Below, one piece after another: positions 59,943 to 64,000 of a stretch of 64,000 nucleotides of DNA (its first letter is position 1; every line of letters begins with the position of its first letter). A model generated the notes under the pieces. That model was not told where the DNA came from. It searched no databases and saw only the letters and a list, made by a program, of their open reading frames with translations. The stretch covers positions 32,001 to 96,000 of the forward strand of contig JBGASG010000008.1 in assembly GCA_044229845.1 (NCBI GenBank), written 5' to 3'. This stretch comes from Candidatus Obscuribacteraceae bacterium (GTDB lineage: Bacteria; Cyanobacteriota; Vampirovibrionia; Obscuribacterales; Obscuribacteraceae). The position numbers and the translations under genes are program-made.

Positions 59943-60504
59943 AAGAGAGATTTCCTGGGAGATGACTGACAGTCATCTTAACTGCCAAGGTGTATCTGGA
60001 CTTGCGTTCAGGCGAAAATTTACGGAGATCTTACGTATTAAAAGGAGATCTCTAGAGGAGCTTTTTCGGACGCTGCAAATCTTGATTACGCCAGAGAAAT
60101 AGCCAAGTGGTGCGGTTCGTCGGACGCGGTCACCAACCACTGACCGGCACAAACACAGGCATAGATTCCAAGCACCGTGTAAAGGATATTTGCGCTGCTT
60201 GTCGACGGTCAAATGAACTCTCTGTGCAGCCTCCCAACCTGCCACCCACGCATCGTCGTCAAATGTCCCCTTACTAGCTTCTGTCGCATGTGCCCACGCC
60301 TTCTGCCGGACCTGCAATTTACCTGTTCGCAGGAGGATTTATCTGCCGCGCTCTCTGAGGCGTTATCTGCCGCCAGCGGCTGAACCTCCGGGGCGATACA
60401 ATCAAATGTGCTTGCCGGTTTACAAACTCCTTGGAAGCGGTAAGAATTCAGTGGGAGCGCGGTTTTGCCGCCTCTTTCCGCCAGCCCAACTTACTAAGAG
60501 CGCC

Positions 60505-61788
60505 ATGACGACTGACAGTCTCTTTGGAACGCAGCAAAGCAACATGCAGCAGGGCAATACACACCAGGGTCCCAGCGGGTTCCTCAATTGGAATCAGAAT
60601 TCCCTGGTGGTTGATTTCGGCAAAATCACCAGCGCCGACGGCAGCGTGATTGGGTTTCTCTATGAAAACGGGCTGCTGCTCGGCCAAGCTCAGCCTCTGG
60701 GCACATGGGAAGGGCTGCGCGCCATAGAGGAATTGCCTGGCTGTGTATTCTCGGGAATCGACCGCTACGGCAACCCACTGGAATTGCCCGGCAACACAAG
60801 CGGTCCCACTGGTGGGCTGGTCTTCAACGACCGTCCATTCAACGTCATCACCGGGCGCATCTCAGACCAGGAACACCGCCTGGTCGGGCGACTGGACAAT
60901 GAAGGTGTCATACACGCCCGTCACCACAAAAATCCATCCGTGCTGCGCCCGCTCGATGAGAACACCCAACTGGCTATGGTGTTTCAGGGCATCAAGACCG
61001 ACGGCAGCCCACTGATGCTCGATTTCAAAAGACCGCTGCATATCTCCGGCAAAACCTACGCCGAAAACGAAATCATTCGCTATTTCGAACAGTACGACAA
61101 TCTCGGGCAAGCTCAACAGCGTTATGTGATGGATAGCATGATGCTCTGGGCTCAGTGCGGCATCCTGCAAGTGGTGCGCAAGAGCGAAGGCACCGCCGGG
61201 TTGGGCAACGTCAAACACGGAGCCTCCGGCGTCACCAGCGTGCGCCGCGGCGTGGTAACACTCGACCGCGACGAGTTCGAGACTGAAATCAAACTGTTCA
61301 AACAGTGGGGCGCGTTGGCATCTGCAAAAACGCGTTTCGGTCCTTACTATGAAGTGCGCCTGAACATGGTGGTGGCGCACGAGTTCGGGCACCAGTTGCA
61401 CTTTTGCTTGTCGCAAGCGACCCAAGATCGCATCAGAAAGATGTACGAAACCAAAAGACTAGAGTGCGATCAAAAGCATGCTCTGCCACCCGAGATCGAA
61501 AGCTATTCAGAGCTTCTGCAAGCGCATCAAATTCCCAATCGCGTTTTCATATCGGGTTACGCGCGTTCAAGCGAACATGAGTACTGGGCTGAGGCAGTCG
61601 GAGCATTCTCCTGCCTGGAAAGCCGGCTGCAGTTGCTGGAATTGGATCCGGACATTCACAATTTGCTCGTCGACATCGTGTTCAGACCTGAAGAAGTAAT
61701 GCGTCCGGTGGTACAGGAAATGATCGGCGATCTGCAAACCAGCCTGGTTCTGGGTGGCGAGTTTCCTGACGACCTGCTTAAGAAGTGA
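60505..61788 (+). CDS. Putative zinc metallopeptidase (HEXXH; anthrax-LF/MtfA-like tail)
   Basis: VAHEFGH plus SGYARSSEHEYWAEA. Confidence 0.72.
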   Translation: MTTDSLFGTQQSNMQQGNTHQGPSGFLNWNQNSLVVDFGKITSADGSVIGFLYENGLLLGQAQPLGTWEGLRAIEELPGCVFSGIDRYGNPLELPGNTSGPTGGLVFNDRPFNVITGRISDQEHRLVGRLDNEGVIHARHHKNPSVLRPLDENTQLAMVFQGIKTDGSPLMLDFKRPLHISGKTYAENEIIRYFEQYDNLGQAQQRYVMDSMMLWAQCGILQVVRKSEGTAGLGNVKHGASGVTSVRRGVVTLDRDEFETEIKLFKQWGALASAKTRFGPYYEVRLNMVVAHEFGHQLHFCLSQATQDRIRKMYETKRLECDQKHALPPEIESYSELLQAHQIPNRVFISGYARSSEHEYWAEAVGAFSCLESRLQLLELDPDIHNLLVDIVFRPEEVMRPVVQEMIGDLQTSLVLGGEFPDDLLKK

Positions 61789-63962
61789 GGAAGAAACCCG
61801 CCGTGCGACGTCCTGGCACAGCCCAATATCTGGTTGTAATGATGGCTCTCAGTGTCACCATCGGTGCTACCGCCCCGGTGGGCTGGGCCGCATCACAGCA
61901 AATGAAACCCGCATTGAAGGCCATCGATCCGTCGCAAGTCAAAATGGATCCTGGTGATGGCTCCGGGGGCAGCTCCGACACAGCTCCCGCGCCCAGCCCC
62001 GAGCCGGTCGCCAAACCGCCGCTCGGCAAAATCAATGGTGCGCCTCTATCTAAAAAAGGTGCGGCTGCTGTGCCGCCGCCACCATCACCGGCACCAGCCG
62101 AGCCTGCCACCACCGTCGATGGCAGCGGCGCATCCGCCTATACGCCGGACAACAACGGTTACGGCACCTACGGCGACGCACCCGACAGCAGTGGCTCCAG
62201 TTCCGGTCCGGCGGCATCCTACGGCAGCGCTCCCTATTCCGGCGCTCCGTCCACTCCCGGCTCATACGGGACAGGCAAACCAGCCGGTTCAGTTGGTGGG
62301 CGTCCGCCGACCAGCAAATTGCCCATGCCGCCCGCTGGCACTAAAGCCGGTGGCAAACCCACTTCCAGACCAGCAGCCACCGCCGCAGGAAACCCTGCCG
62401 GGGGCGGCCTAAGCAGCATGATTCCGGAATTCGGACAGCCACTGCCGGCAGTGCAGGGCGGTGCGCCATCATCCGGGGCCGGCTGGTCTACAAATCAGTA
62501 TGCCCCCGCCGGCGGTGGCGGGAGCAGTGTCGCCCCCGGGCAGCTGGAAAGCCGCATCGTTCGCCTCGAACAACAGGCCTTCGGCTCGACGTATCCTGAG
62601 CACGAAATCGAAGATCGCGTCGACCACCTTGAGCAAGAGGTCTTAGGCAAGAAGTCAACAGATCCGCTCGACCAGCGAGTGTCCCGTATCGAGTCCAAAC
62701 TGGGCATACAGGCGACGTCATTCGGCGGACCACCGCCCCAACAGCGCACTCAAAGGCCTCCAGCACTCACGCAGCCGGTCTCAAAACCACCGGTGGTGGC
62801 ATCCAGACCACCTGAGACCGCCAACCCCATGGGAAGTGGCGGCGGCTTCCCGGCACAGGGTGGCGGCTTCCCGGCACAGGGCGGCGGCTTCCCGGCACAG
62901 GGCGGCGGCTTCCCGGCACAGGGCGGCGGCTTCCCGGCACAGGGCGGCGGCTTCCCGGCACAGGGCGGCGGCTTCCCGGCACAGGGCGGCGGCTTCCCGG
63001 CACAGGGCGGCGGCTTCCCGGCACAGGGCGGCGGCTTCCCGGCACAGGGCGGCGGCTTCCCGGCACAGGGCGGCGGTTTCCCGGCACAGGGCGGCGGTTT
63101 CCCGGCACAGGGCGGCGGTTTCCCGGCACAGGGCGGCGGTTTCCCGGCACAGGGCGGGACCTATCAGACCCAGGGCGGTTACCCGCAACAGGGCGGCTAT
63201 CCCGCGCAGCAACCGGCTGCCAAGCCGCCGGCTAAACCGGCTACGTCCGCAAAACCTGCCGCAAAACCAAAGCTTCCAGCCGGCATCGCCGTTCCGCAAG
63301 CGCCACCGCAGGTAGTGCCCGGCTCCGGACCGGCGGAAGAAGCACCGTTGCGCGACTTCGCTGCCAATGTGGACCTGGACAACTTCTACGACGTCGTCGG
63401 CAAGATGCCCTTTGATTTCGCAAAAGGCGAGTACTTCAGCCAGGTGCGCAAGTTTGAAGGCAATTATGCGCGCTGGGCGTCGTTCCCGATCAAGGTGCAC
63501 CTGCCGCAAGGTTCACCGCCTAACTGGAACCTGGTGCTGCAAAAATCAGTGAAACGCTGGGGGCAGTACATACCGATCAAAGAAGTGCCGCCGGCACAGG
63601 CAGCCGACATCGAAGTGGCATGGATCAATCGCTTGCCGCCGAAGCAACTTGGCTTGACGAACCTGGAAATCTTCAACGGCCGCATGCGCGTCACCATCTA
63701 TCTGTTGCGCCCGAATCTCTATCCGCAGGGTGTAAGCGATCAGATGCTCGGCGAGGTGGTTCTGCACCAGCTCGGGCACTCGCTGGGCATCTTCGGACAC
63801 AGCACATTCCCCACCGACGCCATGACGCCGCTTCCCGAGGGCACCAATCGTGCTAAAGCGAACGGCATCACAGTGCATGACGTCAACACATTGAAGAAGA
63901 TCTACGAATCCAATGGCTTGCCCGATGGCTACCAGAGCGGTCAGCCGGTGGTGTTCCCCTAG
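61785..63962 (+). CDS. Exported Pro/Gly-rich protein with C-terminal matrixin-like domain
   Basis: Signal peptide; W..FPIKV, ADIEV.W, HQLGHSLGIFGHS, Met-turn, D.NTLKKIY. Confidence 0.85.
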   Translation: MRKKPAVRRPGTAQYLVVMMALSVTIGATAPVGWAASQQMKPALKAIDPSQVKMDPGDGSGGSSDTAPAPSPEPVAKPPLGKINGAPLSKKGAAAVPPPPSPAPAEPATTVDGSGASAYTPDNNGYGTYGDAPDSSGSSSGPAASYGSAPYSGAPSTPGSYGTGKPAGSVGGRPPTSKLPMPPAGTKAGGKPTSRPAATAAGNPAGGGLSSMIPEFGQPLPAVQGGAPSSGAGWSTNQYAPAGGGGSSVAPGQLESRIVRLEQQAFGSTYPEHEIEDRVDHLEQEVLGKKSTDPLDQRVSRIESKLGIQATSFGGPPPQQRTQRPPALTQPVSKPPVVASRPPETANPMGSGGGFPAQGGGFPAQGGGFPAQGGGFPAQGGGFPAQGGGFPAQGGGFPAQGGGFPAQGGGFPAQGGGFPAQGGGFPAQGGGFPAQGGGFPAQGGGFPAQGGGFPAQGGTYQTQGGYPQQGGYPAQQPAAKPPAKPATSAKPAAKPKLPAGIAVPQAPPQVVPGSGPAEEAPLRDFAANVDLDNFYDVVGKMPFDFAKGEYFSQVRKFEGNYARWASFPIKVHLPQGSPPNWNLVLQKSVKRWGQYIPIKEVPPAQAADIEVAWINRLPPKQLGLTNLEIFNGRMRVTIYLLRPNLYPQGVSDQMLGEVVLHQLGHSLGIFGHSTFPTDAMTPLPEGTNRAKANGITVHDVNTLKKIYESNGLPDGYQSGQPVVFP
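62838..63152 (+). repeat. 21-bp coding tandem repeat, 15 copies (GGGFPAQ)
   Basis: GGCGGCGGCTTCCCGGCACAG units with only synonymous changes. Confidence 0.97.
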
Positions 63963-64000
63963 TTCTTCCGTGCTACTAAGAAAAGCCGTTCCGCACCGAT

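Noticed and set aside
62838..63152. Regular repeat as a possible CRISPR array
   Set aside because: No spacers; it is an in-frame coding tandem repeat, and no cas genes are present.

Overview
Bacterial chromosomal window. The cyanobacteria-like NdhD/NdhF, the Hanks-kinase array and the exported protein families suggest a non-photosynthetic cyanobacterial relative such as Vampirovibrionia/Obscuribacterales; this is inference. The first ~22.4 kb is an accessory region: a giant Rhs/YD protein (probably 5'-truncated by the window), then what look like two tandem integrative elements, plus IS110, IS66, IS3 and group II intron remnants, a broken ParDE-like module and a HipA-family kinase fusion with a four-arm operator. 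The main finding is an identical 16-bp core, AGATCACTTATCCCGG (encoding ITYPG), at 6317 inside the rhs gene, at 11890 just after an intact tyrosine integrase and exactly where an in-frame orphan Rhs tip begins, and at 17728. The last two copies have conserved arm-type repeats and a GCACC-N6-GGTGC palindrome upstream. This fits integrase-driven elements that insert into an rhs gene and replace its toxin tip. The remaining ~41 kb is mostly core or lineage-specific: glyoxylate reductase, glpD, TPR-CHAT, SDR, pgeF, CAP, VWA, divergent ndhD/ndhF, korAB, five tandem membrane Ser/Thr kinases, TPR, FMN reductase, LCP and two metallopeptidase-like genes. All calls come from reading motifs by eye; no searches were run.
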